From positions 64,001 through 128,000 of IMG/VR virus record IMGVR_UViG_3300032216_001891: a stretch of 64,000 nt of DNA. One strand, written 5' to 3'. The translations under genes were made by a program, and so were the position numbers. Below are positions 48,128 through 56,646 of this stretch, one piece after another. Position 1 is the first letter of the stretch; every line of letters begins with the position of its first letter. Under the pieces are notes generated by a model. It was not told where the DNA came from and searched no databases. It saw only the letters and a program-made list of their open reading frames with translations. The DNA is from a virus (Duplodnaviria; Caudoviricetes).

Positions 48128-48410
48128 CGAATATTGTACTCCACTTTCGTAATTTGTTGAATTTGTTTTGTTTTGCCGCTGTTATTTCTTCCTGTGTAAC
48201 AACTCCGTGTTGTTCTAATAGTTCAATCATGGCCACAACATCACCAATTTCTTTCACTAAGTGTTCACGTTGTGTGCCTGACTCTTTGATGTACACATTC
48301 TCCATACCAAAACGTTTGCACTTGCTGATGCTTTGTATCACCTCGGCACACTCTTCTTGTAGTATGTCTAATATTTCGTTAACCTTCGTATATTGCACTG
48401 TTGGCTCCAT
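48114..48410 (-). CDS. MazG-like NTP pyrophosphohydrolase
   Basis: EECAEV...KEIGDV (ExxE...ExxD). Confidence 0.75.
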   Translation of the reverse strand: MEPTVQYTKVNEILDILQEECAEVIQSISKCKRFGMENVYIKESGTQREHLVKEIGDVVAMIELLEQHGVVTQEEITAAKQNKFNKLRKWSTIFDEQD

Positions 48411-49005
48411 GTTCTGCACATTCTACTCGTACACAATAACAACGATTGTTAGTATGTTTTCTAATCAACTGATCGGCAAAATAAAATGCATGTTCGGCAA
48501 ACTTCTCTGCACCCACACCATTGAATATTCTAATTTCGGCTAGGCCCAGTTCCTCTAATTCTTGGAATTTGGCAAGATATGGATCTCGTTTGTCCAATGC
48601 CAATTTATGATCAAACTGATCCTCCAACCAGGCCTTGAGTGGTTTGAGTCCACCAAAGTCCACTGCCCAGTTTTTGTCATCTAACTCGTCACATCCAAAT
48701 GTAAATGTAAATGCTAGACTGTAACCATGTAGCAAATGACAATGACTGTGATCTGCGTTGGGTTGACGAAACACAGCACTGAGTCCAATATTGTGTCCGT
48801 AGTGCTTGGTTGAGTAATATTTTGCCCCAGACCTTTGCCCTGCTAGGGCAATGTCATTGAGTACTTGTTCTGAGGATTGAACCTTATTGCGTAACTGTTC
48901 AATATATTCAGATGTTTCGTCGCTATCCGCCTTGGTGCTATGATAGTGGTTGATGCGAGCATCGAAGTAGTCGCTCAGTGCCGATGTAAAAGTTTTATTT
49001 GCCAT
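48379..49005 (-). CDS. queD: 6-carboxytetrahydropterin synthase with ~58-aa N-terminal extension
   Basis: HSHCHLLHGY, VDFGGLK, FDH, EHGANSA. Confidence 0.88.
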   Translation of the reverse strand: MANKTFTSALSDYFDARINHYHSTKADSDETSEYIEQLRNKVQSSEQVLNDIALAGQRSGAKYYSTKHYGHNIGLSAVFRQPNADHSHCHLLHGYSLAFTFTFGCDELDDKNWAVDFGGLKPLKAWLEDQFDHKLALDKRDPYLAKFQELEELGLAEIRIFNGVGAEKFAEHAFYFADQLIRKHTNNRCYCVRVECAEHGANSAIYEG

Positions 49006-49095
49006 TGTGATTCTCCTATGTTAGATTATAGCATAGGCTTGCAGAATTTGTCGAGCGGGATGAAAGCCAGAGAGTCCGCCGGAAACAGTATTTAT
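49006..49095 (-). promoter_or_regulatory. Structured 5' leader of queD (candidate cis-regulatory RNA) with two promoters
   Basis: CCTATG/CATAGG hairpin overlapping AGGAGA; GGCTT/AAGCC and GCGG/CCGC helices; ATAAATA at 49089-49095; TCGACA-18-TATAAT with TG. Confidence 0.55.
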
Positions 49096-49643
49096 TGTTG
49101 CCACCAGGCTTCCCAAGGAAAAACACACCACACTGGGTCTTCCAGTTTATTGATGTCTGTTCCCGAATAGTCCACCAAAAACTCACTCACAGTGTTGTTC
49201 ACCAGCACAGCAGTTCGAACATTGTGATGCCAGACATTTAGCCAACGATCGTGATTGGGCAAACAACTGCTTTGCCAATCCTCTCGAATCCAAGACAGTG
49301 TGGCACCGGAATCATTGATGTCGTCTACTATTAATATACGTTTAGCATGTATGGTGTAATCAAATGCACTGTTGGTGCCTAGACCTTGATATCCACCATC
49401 CACCCAACCAAATGCATCTTCCGCCATGCTGAGATTACTGGTACATTCATCTCCGTCACGCAGACTCACATCCAGGCTACGCATTGGTACGCCCAAGTAA
49501 TGACTCAACATCAAGGCCGGAGTCAATCCACCACGTGTGAGTCCCACAATGTAGTCGGGTCGCCACGAGCCTTCATGCAGGTCACGAATAATTTCATGCA
49601 CCCAGCCACGAACATCTGCGTCGTTGTAATAGATTTTTTTCAT
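49092..49643 (-). CDS. Type I phosphoribosyltransferase (Gpt-like)
   Basis: GLTRGG, ILIVDDINDSGAT, FPWE. Confidence 0.9.
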   Translation of the reverse strand: MKKIYYNDADVRGWVHEIIRDLHEGSWRPDYIVGLTRGGLTPALMLSHYLGVPMRSLDVSLRDGDECTSNLSMAEDAFGWVDGGYQGLGTNSAFDYTIHAKRILIVDDINDSGATLSWIREDWQSSCLPNHDRWLNVWHHNVRTAVLVNNTVSEFLVDYSGTDINKLEDPVWCVFPWEAWWQQ

Positions 49644-50389
49644 CTTGGAGCAAACTCCTGTTGCAGTTTGATATTGTCAAAGAACTCTTTTTTAGTTGCC
49701 GGATCTGTGTTGAACGAACCTTTGAGCACTGTGGTCTGTGTTAAGCTTGAATGTGCCATTATGCCTCTATTTTCGCAACATCCGTGTACTGCTTGAATGT
49801 ATACACCAACATGTTCTGAATCTGTAGCTCGCATTATTTCTCTTGCGATGTCGTTGCACAGTTCTTCCTGTAGTGTACCACGTCTAGCACACCATTGAGC
49901 AATACGAGTGTACTTGCTAAGACCAATAAGTTTGTTGGCAGCAATAATACCGATATAAGCCACACCAGACACAGGCTGATGATGATGGCTACACATGCTC
50001 CGAAGCTCACTTCTAACAACCAACATGCCTTCGTAACGATCCTCGTTATCATTTGGGAACGCTGTGGCATCTGGTGCAAGATCATATCTACCCGCCATTA
50101 CCTCGTTAAAATACATTTTGGCCAAACGTCTTGCTGTGCCTTTTGAATTAGGATCGGTTTCTCTATCAATCAGCAAGCGATCTAAAACAGTTTCAAATGC
50201 CTCAGCGGCTTCGTCGATCAATTGTCGTTTGATGGCATCATTATTAACATATTCGCTAATATTGTCACCTGCCCAAAATCTTTTACCATTGCGTTTCATT
50301 GTGGCGCGAATTACGTCTGATACCGGGCACAGTCGATAACCGCCGTTGCCTGCCATTGCCTCTAATGCTGTTTCTTTTTTGTTTGTCAA
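49640..50389 (-). CDS. folE: GTP cyclohydrolase I
   Basis: SMCSHH, IGLSKYTR, LQEEL, HGCCENRG; TTG start with GGAG RBS. Confidence 0.95.
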   Translation of the reverse strand: MTNKKETALEAMAGNGGYRLCPVSDVIRATMKRNGKRFWAGDNISEYVNNDAIKRQLIDEAAEAFETVLDRLLIDRETDPNSKGTARRLAKMYFNEVMAGRYDLAPDATAFPNDNEDRYEGMLVVRSELRSMCSHHHQPVSGVAYIGIIAANKLIGLSKYTRIAQWCARRGTLQEELCNDIAREIMRATDSEHVGVYIQAVHGCCENRGIMAHSSLTQTTVLKGSFNTDPATKKEFFDNIKLQQEFAPR

Positions 50390-50412
50390 TTCGTTCTCCC
50401 GTGTATTGTGTT

Positions 50413-50441
50413 ATTGTATAGTATTTAGATCTTTATGTCAA
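50413..50441 (-). promoter_or_regulatory. Hybrid promoter of the folE operon
   Basis: TTGACA-17-TACAAT with CTAAATA in the spacer. Confidence 0.75.
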
Positions 50442-50491
50442 ATAATTATGAACATATATCATATAATAAATACCAAAACAATTTGAGTAAA

Positions 50492-51574
50492 ATGAAAAGA
50501 GCTGTCATTTGTGTAACCAATCCGCAGGATTATATCCATCAACTTGATGATTACAGCATTATGATCATCAATCCCGATGTGGTACCTGCACGACGTCAGT
50601 ATCTATTAGATCGTTCGGATTGGAGTCTGCTGATCACAGCCCAGGGTGAGCAACATCGCAACGGTGGCGATTATGTCAATGAACGAGTGTTGTGGTACAC
50701 AAGTGGCACCACCGGCGATAGTAAGTTTTGCAGTTTTAGTCAACGACAATTGAATCACATGGCGGAAACCATTGTACGTGCATATGATTTGAGCGAACAG
50801 GATAGATATGTCAGTGTCATGAGTCTTTGGCATGCACACGGGCAAGGATTTTATTGGGCCTCACAGTTGGCCGGATGCGAAACGCACTACCTTGGTATGA
50901 AAAATATCAGAGATTGGCCCAGCTTCAGTCCCACATTCGTCACAGCCATACCCGATGTGTTAAAAACTGCACTCGGTCTCAAATTTGATAAAAATCTTAG
51001 ATTCATACGCACAGCCAGTGCACCATTGCCCGATGCAACTTACCGGGCCTTGAAGCAACAGTTTGCAGTTCCTGTACTAGAAGCATTTGGTATGACCGAA
51101 GCCATGAGTCATTGTTTTACCAATCCCTTACATGGAGAACAGCGAATGGGCACAGTGGGACTACCGTCGGGTGTTGAGGCCTGTATTGACCATGGACATT
51201 TGCTTATTCGCGGCCCCACCTTGGATCGAGATGCATGGTTTGACACCGGAGATTTGGCCGAACAAGATTCAGCCGGCTATTACCGTATCCTGGGACGCAG
51301 TTGCGATCAAATCAATATACGTGGTGTTAAAATAAATCCACAGAGCTTGGAACAAAAAATTCTCGAAAACTTTAGCGAGGTCTCCGAAGTTGCTGTGTTT
51401 GGAAACGACACAGTGAAATGCGTATATGTTGGTTCAGAAATCAACAGTGCAATTCAAAGATTTTTATGTGAGTTGGGCCCGCAGTGTCGCGCCACAGTGT
51501 TACAGTCGGTCGCTGCTATACCCTTGACACCGGCTGGTAAAATATCCCGCAGTTGGTTAAATACTCTTTATTAA
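50492..51574 (+). CDS. AMP-forming acyl-adenylate ligase (ANL family), compact
   Basis: YTSGTTG, FGMTE, WFDTGD, GR..DQIN..G.KI.P, GKI; ATAAATA at 50466. Confidence 0.88.
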   Translation: MKRAVICVTNPQDYIHQLDDYSIMIINPDVVPARRQYLLDRSDWSLLITAQGEQHRNGGDYVNERVLWYTSGTTGDSKFCSFSQRQLNHMAETIVRAYDLSEQDRYVSVMSLWHAHGQGFYWASQLAGCETHYLGMKNIRDWPSFSPTFVTAIPDVLKTALGLKFDKNLRFIRTASAPLPDATYRALKQQFAVPVLEAFGMTEAMSHCFTNPLHGEQRMGTVGLPSGVEACIDHGHLLIRGPTLDRDAWFDTGDLAEQDSAGYYRILGRSCDQINIRGVKINPQSLEQKILENFSEVSEVAVFGNDTVKCVYVGSEINSAIQRFLCELGPQCRATVLQSVAAIPLTPAGKISRSWLNTLY

Positions 51575-52155
51575 CGTAAATCAAGTTGTCGAAGATCTGG
51601 GTAAGTTTGATGAGTCACAGTGCTACCGATCAAAGGCAGATTTATTAATCCTTGACGACAGATTTCCAGTGTGGGGCAATAGTGGTATCCCTCTCCAAAT
51701 TGGGTTTGATCTTGCCAAGGTGTGATGTGCAGGTCTCTACCATCACTACGCATACGGCTTAATTCTTCGTATTCCTGTTTGGAGTCTAGTAGTATAGCAC
51801 CAGCACGACCCAGGTGCAGGGGTTTGCCATGTCCAAAGCTCACACACTGTTTCATGCCCGGTCTATACATACCGGGACGTAATAGTCTAGCACTGTCCCA
51901 TATATTGGTTTTGGCAAATTGATATTCGCCGGCCGAGCTCCAGTATTCGGTTTTTAATTCATACCCAACACTCAGCCGGTGCATCAACTGTGGAATGCTT
52001 AGGTACGTAAACGCTGTGAATTCTGTATAAAACACAAGATCTAATCTAAAACAAAGTTCAATGGCATGTGTACAGCAGTCGGTCACAACTGCATAGGGTG
52101 CTCCGGTGTATTCGGCTAACTGTTTTTCAAATTCAAACAACACTTCAAAACTCAT
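51571..52155 (-). CDS. Truncated DegT-like PLP-dependent enzyme
   Basis: FEKQLAEYTGAPYAV..DCCT, WDSA, SFGHGK, GAIL. Confidence 0.75.
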   Translation of the reverse strand: MSFEVLFEFEKQLAEYTGAPYAVVTDCCTHAIELCFRLDLVFYTEFTAFTYLSIPQLMHRLSVGYELKTEYWSSAGEYQFAKTNIWDSARLLRPGMYRPGMKQCVSFGHGKPLHLGRAGAILLDSKQEYEELSRMRSDGRDLHITPWQDQTQFGEGYHYCPTLEICRQGLINLPLIGSTVTHQTYPDLRQLDLR

Positions 52156-52223
52156 TGACTTTCCTTTATATACACAATATAATAACATAAGTACAGTACA
52201 ATATCAATTAATTTTTATCCAAT

Positions 52224-53303
52224 ATGTCCAAACGAGCCGTTATTTGTGTTAAACAACCACATCTAATCATTCCGCAGTTGTCTGACTACAGCGTCATGAT
52301 AGTAAATCCCGATGCAACAGAGTCGCGATTAAAATATTTGCTAGACAATTCCGACTACAGTTTACTTGTTACAGAATCAGGCGAACAGTGGCGCGACGGT
52401 GGGGACTATGTCAACGAACGTGTGTTACAATACACCTCGGGCACCACCGGTGATAGTAAATTTTGTGCATTTACACAAAAGCAACTGGATTATGCATCGG
52501 ACCAATTGATTTCTGCGTTTTCTTTAACTGCAAATGATAGATACACTGGTGTAATGCCACTATGGTCAGGTCATGGGCAAGGATTTTATTGGGCCACAGA
52601 ACGAGCAAAATGTGAAAGAAACTTTTTGTCAATTAAAGAGGTAAGATCAATTGCTCGATATCACCCAACTTGTTTAACAGCAGTTCCACACATATTAAAA
52701 TTATTTTTAAATTGTGATTTGGATAATTTACGTTTCATTCGCAGTGGAGGAGCTCCACTACCCTATACTTTACACCAAGCACTTGAACAAAAGTTCAAGA
52801 CTGCTGTGTTAGAAACTTGTGGATTTACCGAAGCATTGAGTCTTGGATTCTGTAATAGAATTAGTCAAAACGTTCCAGGCACTGTGGGACTCCCTGTGGG
52901 CATTGAAGCTAGAATCGATCAAGGTCATTTAGAAATACGAGGACCTTCGTTATTTGTTGACGGATGGTATGACACCGGAGATTTGGCCGAACAAGATAGT
53001 GCGGGCAATTTTAAATTGACAGGAAGGTCTAGAGATCAAATCAACATCAAAGGAGTCAAAATCAATCCTTTGAGTTTAGAATCACATTTGATTAAAAATT
53101 GCAATGAAATTGGTGAAGTGGTGGTATTTGGCACAGACAGTGTCAAATGCATGTATACTGGTTCCTCGGAACCAATTGAAGTTAGAAAAGTTTTAGTAAC
53201 CCTTGGCCAATACTGCTGGCCCACTGCGATTCTACAGGTGGATCAAATACCATTAAGTCCCGGTGGTAAAGTTTCCAGACATTTTCTTAATATGCTGTAT
53301 TAA
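52224..53303 (+). CDS. AMP-forming acyl-adenylate ligase, paralog of 50492-51574
   Basis: YTSGTTGDSKFC, GFTE, WYDTGD, GKV. Confidence 0.88.
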   Translation: MSKRAVICVKQPHLIIPQLSDYSVMIVNPDATESRLKYLLDNSDYSLLVTESGEQWRDGGDYVNERVLQYTSGTTGDSKFCAFTQKQLDYASDQLISAFSLTANDRYTGVMPLWSGHGQGFYWATERAKCERNFLSIKEVRSIARYHPTCLTAVPHILKLFLNCDLDNLRFIRSGGAPLPYTLHQALEQKFKTAVLETCGFTEALSLGFCNRISQNVPGTVGLPVGIEARIDQGHLEIRGPSLFVDGWYDTGDLAEQDSAGNFKLTGRSRDQINIKGVKINPLSLESHLIKNCNEIGEVVVFGTDSVKCMYTGSSEPIEVRKVLVTLGQYCWPTAILQVDQIPLSPGGKVSRHFLNMLY

Positions 53304-54023
53304 TACATCAGCATAAACCTTGTGTGCCGGCGATTCTACTACTCTTTTGTTATAGTAATGTCCCGACTGGCCAGCCATTGTTACCAACTGTACCTCTTGA
53401 AACACACAGTCCCAATCCAATAATTGATACAAGTCCTTGAATCTATGTAGGCCCGTATATGGCCTAGTGGGTAAAAAAAGGTAAGGTTGATTTTTCTGTT
53501 TAAGTGTATTTTGCAAACAAATCATCTTAATCAAATTTTGTTTTTTTATTTGTGAAAAATTGCTGGATAGGTAATGGTTAAATAAATTTTTTACTTGCGT
53601 ATTTTTTTCCAATTTTAAGGAACTATTAAATATCCAATTGGATTGAAATTGCTCGTAATTAAAATTTCTATATTTTATTTCCTTTGAATTTATACCAGAT
53701 TCTTTGGCAACTATGTATTGATTTATTTTATGTAATCTAGCAGCTTCTTTTATCCTACTGTGACTAGAATATCGTACATTGGGAAAAAGATCAATATTGT
53801 CAACTTGTACATCTACCCTGTCGCACTGGGGCCACATCACTAGTACCAAGTCAAAAGTATTTTTTGTTATGGCGTCTATGGTTGTATGCAATACATAATC
53901 AAATCCACTACCCACCAAGGAAAGATTGGTAATGTCCCAGTTTTCTTTCTGTTGTACGAAGTCAGGCCATCCTCCACCCACAAACCCTCTAACCGAACAA
54001 GCACCATTGATTAGTAGTTTCAT
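53253..54023 (-). CDS. Divergent SGNH-like protein, AT-rich
   Basis: LLINGACS, NLSLVGSG, VMWP. Confidence 0.5.
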   Translation of the reverse strand: MKLLINGACSVRGFVGGGWPDFVQQKENWDITNLSLVGSGFDYVLHTTIDAITKNTFDLVLVMWPQCDRVDVQVDNIDLFPNVRYSSHSRIKEAARLHKINQYIVAKESGINSKEIKYRNFNYEQFQSNWIFNSSLKLEKNTQVKNLFNHYLSSNFSQIKKQNLIKMICLQNTLKQKNQPYLFLPTRPYTGLHRFKDLYQLLDWDCVFQEVQLVTMAGQSGHYYNKRVVESPAHKVYADVLIQHIKKMSGNFTTGT

Positions 54024-54031
54024 ATTTTTAT

Positions 54032-54916
54032 TTATTTTTTTAAAATTTTGTTCATCATGAACAGTGGTTGTGTTGCGTTTTTTAAATTAAACCCTAAATC
54101 TATTTTTTCAAATATAACTTGTGCTTCTTTTGTTTGTGCCCATAGTACAAACTCTCGTTGTATTGTTGAAATTTTGTCCGGTGATACGCCAGGACTGGCC
54201 CATAAAAATAAATGTGCGAATCCCGTGTCAAACGGAATACCTTGTTCAAAAGCGGTTGGCACCTGAGGTAATAGTGTTGATCTACGATTGGATAAAACAG
54301 CCAAGGCTTTTACTTTACCGGCTTGTATCAATGGTTCTGCACCAACCACACTGACTATGCCTAAATCTAAATTACCATTGGCTACATCCATCACCACTGC
54401 ACCTCCAGATTTATAAAAAACTTCATTTATATCTAAATTTGGATTTTGCTCGACCAGCTGTCTAGTCCAAAATAATTGGCTACTACTGTAGGCAGCTCCT
54501 AGATTAAGTTTTCTTGTGCCACTCACCAACTCTTTAATGTTACGTACATCTAATCTATTGCTGGCAACCAAGGCCACAGGGGCTACGCCCAAATACAATA
54601 TTGGCACAATATCTCGCTGTTGATCAATGACAAATTCAGGTTGCACAGCACCAAGCATCAACGATATGTCTGATCTTTTATTATCAATCAATGCTTGTGC
54701 AGCAACTAACCCTTGAGCACCGGGATGAAATTCCAATACAACGTTCTTTTTCAATATGCTAGACAGCACAGGAGTAAATTCCAACGCATATTTGTGATAT
54801 AATCCGCCTGCCCCACTGGGTACAATCAAAGCGGTTGTTTGTGCATAGATCGAAAAAGATATGAATTGAAAACAAATTAGAAAATATTTAAACACAATAA
54901 ACTTTCCTAGGAACAA
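54032..54916 (-). CDS. Bug/TctC tripartite tricarboxylate transporter substrate-binding protein
   Basis: Signal peptide; LIVPSGAGG, PGAQG, YKSGG, GKVKALAV, LPQVPT.EQG. Confidence 0.8.
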   Translation of the reverse strand: MFLGKFIVFKYFLICFQFISFSIYAQTTALIVPSGAGGLYHKYALEFTPVLSSILKKNVVLEFHPGAQGLVAAQALIDNKRSDISLMLGAVQPEFVIDQQRDIVPILYLGVAPVALVASNRLDVRNIKELVSGTRKLNLGAAYSSSQLFWTRQLVEQNPNLDINEVFYKSGGAVVMDVANGNLDLGIVSVVGAEPLIQAGKVKALAVLSNRRSTLLPQVPTAFEQGIPFDTGFAHLFLWASPGVSPDKISTIQREFVLWAQTKEAQVIFEKIDLGFNLKNATQPLFMMNKILKK

Positions 54917-54919
54917 GGA

Positions 54920-55906
54920 TTATCGGTTGTACCATTGATGGGCACTGTCAATGATGGTGGCTATATCGCTGTATTGCGGAGTCCACCCTAATTTTTCTTG
55001 TATCCTGCTGGCATCGGCCACAAGTTCTGCTGGGTCACCAAATCTAGGTGATCCATACGTGATGTAGGGAATACCGTATTTTTCGTCTATGTAATTAACA
55101 ATCTCTTGATTACTGGTGCCACGATTGGTGCCGAGATTATAAACTTCAAAGCCCAGTTGTGTGGGAAACGGAAGATCATCGTGATGGGGTTGACTGGCCA
55201 CGACATGTGCTTGAGCTATGTCCCAAACATGCACATAGTCACGCACACAGGTTCCATCTGCTGTATCAAAATCTTGTCCATTGATCACTAGTCCTTGATC
55301 GGGACTGTTGGCTCGGCTGGCTTCTAAAGCACGAGCCACCAAGTGTGTGGCTCCGGGTTCTTGACCTAGGTCAAAGGAGAAAGGTTCTGCTCCAGCGGCG
55401 TTGAAATATCTAAAAACCACACTGCGTAGAGCATAGGCGCCCCAGTAGTCTTTGAGAATTCGTTCGGTCATGGCCTTGGTGGCACCGTAGGGACTAATGG
55501 GCTGAACGTCATGGTCTTCTCTACATGGTAATACATCGGGTTCTCCGTACACACTGGCACTGCTACTGAACATGATCAAGGGTTTTGTATCAAAGTCCCG
55601 CAACACATTCAGCATGCGTATGGTCTTGGCAATGTTGTTGTCGTAGTATTCACCCGGGTCCGTCATGCTGGGTCCAACTAAGCTGGTTCCAGCACAGTGT
55701 ACAACAATATCGGGTGCTAGGCTGTGCATGGTGGCAAGGCTGCTGTCACTGGCAAAATCACCAATCGAATATCCATCCAAGTCTTTCAGTGTGTGATCGC
55801 GTTGTTCTCGATCAATGATGTAGACTTGATCGCCATTTTGTTTAAATGCACGTGCCACATGACTACCTATATAGCCACATCCTCCGGTTACAATTACCGT
55901 TCTCAC
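54920..55906 (-). CDS. galE: UDP-glucose 4-epimerase
   Basis: TGGCGYIGSH, SSSASVYG, YGATK, RYFNAAG, DGTCVRDYVHV; GTG start. Confidence 0.9.
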   Translation of the reverse strand: MRTVIVTGGCGYIGSHVARAFKQNGDQVYIIDREQRDHTLKDLDGYSIGDFASDSSLATMHSLAPDIVVHCAGTSLVGPSMTDPGEYYDNNIAKTIRMLNVLRDFDTKPLIMFSSSASVYGEPDVLPCREDHDVQPISPYGATKAMTERILKDYWGAYALRSVVFRYFNAAGAEPFSFDLGQEPGATHLVARALEASRANSPDQGLVINGQDFDTADGTCVRDYVHVWDIAQAHVVASQPHHDDLPFPTQLGFEVYNLGTNRGTSNQEIVNYIDEKYGIPYITYGSPRFGDPAELVADASRIQEKLGWTPQYSDIATIIDSAHQWYNR

Positions 55907-56136
55907 TGCTTTTTGTTTTTTTGTTCCAGTTCCCAATTCTTTTCCAGTAGTATGTTGTTTTGACTGCGTAGGCGAGAGACATCCTGTCTCATGCTGTCGG
56001 TCAAATTACGATGATACGCTAAATCGCGTTGTAGCTTTTCATCAGTGATGGGAGGTTTTTGTTGACTGGCACAATAAGAATATCCGGCTAAAAAGCCTGC
56101 CGCGCCAACTACTGCGGTTAATAAGTCAAAGGTCAT
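55903..56136 (-). CDS. Small membrane-anchored coiled-coil protein
   Basis: N-terminal hydrophobic helix. Confidence 0.55.
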   Translation of the reverse strand: MTFDLLTAVVGAAGFLAGYSYCASQQKPPITDEKLQRDLAYHRNLTDSMRQDVSRLRSQNNILLEKNWELEQKNKKQ

Positions 56137-56351
56137 ATATAAAATCCTTTTAGGGTATTGGTATCGGGAATACCTTGTATAGTTTTTAACATTACATATT
56201 GATCATACAGGTTGGATAATTCATTTTCCTCACCAAGATACCACTGACTGGCAGCTCGCATGCTCAAAGCGTCAAGTTCAGTTTCGGTCAACATGGGGTA
56301 CTGCTCTCGAGCCAAAGTTATCCAAATTTCTCGTTTAGTGCCAAGACTCAT
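56133..56351 (-). CDS. Small hypothetical protein
   Basis: Coupled ORF. Confidence 0.55.
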   Translation of the reverse strand: MSLGTKREIWITLAREQYPMLTETELDALSMRAASQWYLGEENELSNLYDQYVMLKTIQGIPDTNTLKGFYI

Positions 56352-56646
56352 GTGTGTTTTCTGTAATTAAAAATCGGGCTCGTAATCATCTGCACCATAC
56401 AGTACCTGTCCTTTTCTCACAATCATAAGGTCACTCTTGGTTGGCAACACCCAAATACGCTGTGTTAAAAAATAAACTCGTGCCACATCACGCACTTGAT
56501 TCATGTACTTTTCTGCCATGTGCATGGGCAGAGAACCCACATCTACTCGCAAAATAATAAGGTCATCATCTTCTACATGTAAGATTTTTACATCTAGGAC
56601 TTTATCTAACATTAGTATTTGCTCTCATGTGTGTGTTTTCTGTAAT
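56347..56646. repeat. Imperfect 21/23-bp direct repeat flanking the 81-aa ORF
   Basis: CTCATGTGTG(TG)TTTTCTGTAAT at 56347-56367 and 56624-56646. Confidence 0.8.
56367..56612 (-). CDS. 81-aa protein with T4 gp20 portal-like DVGxLP motif
   Basis: RVDVGSLPMHMAEKYMNQVRD. Confidence 0.55.
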   Translation of the reverse strand: MLDKVLDVKILHVEDDDLIILRVDVGSLPMHMAEKYMNQVRDVARVYFLTQRIWVLPTKSDLMIVRKGQVLYGADDYEPDF

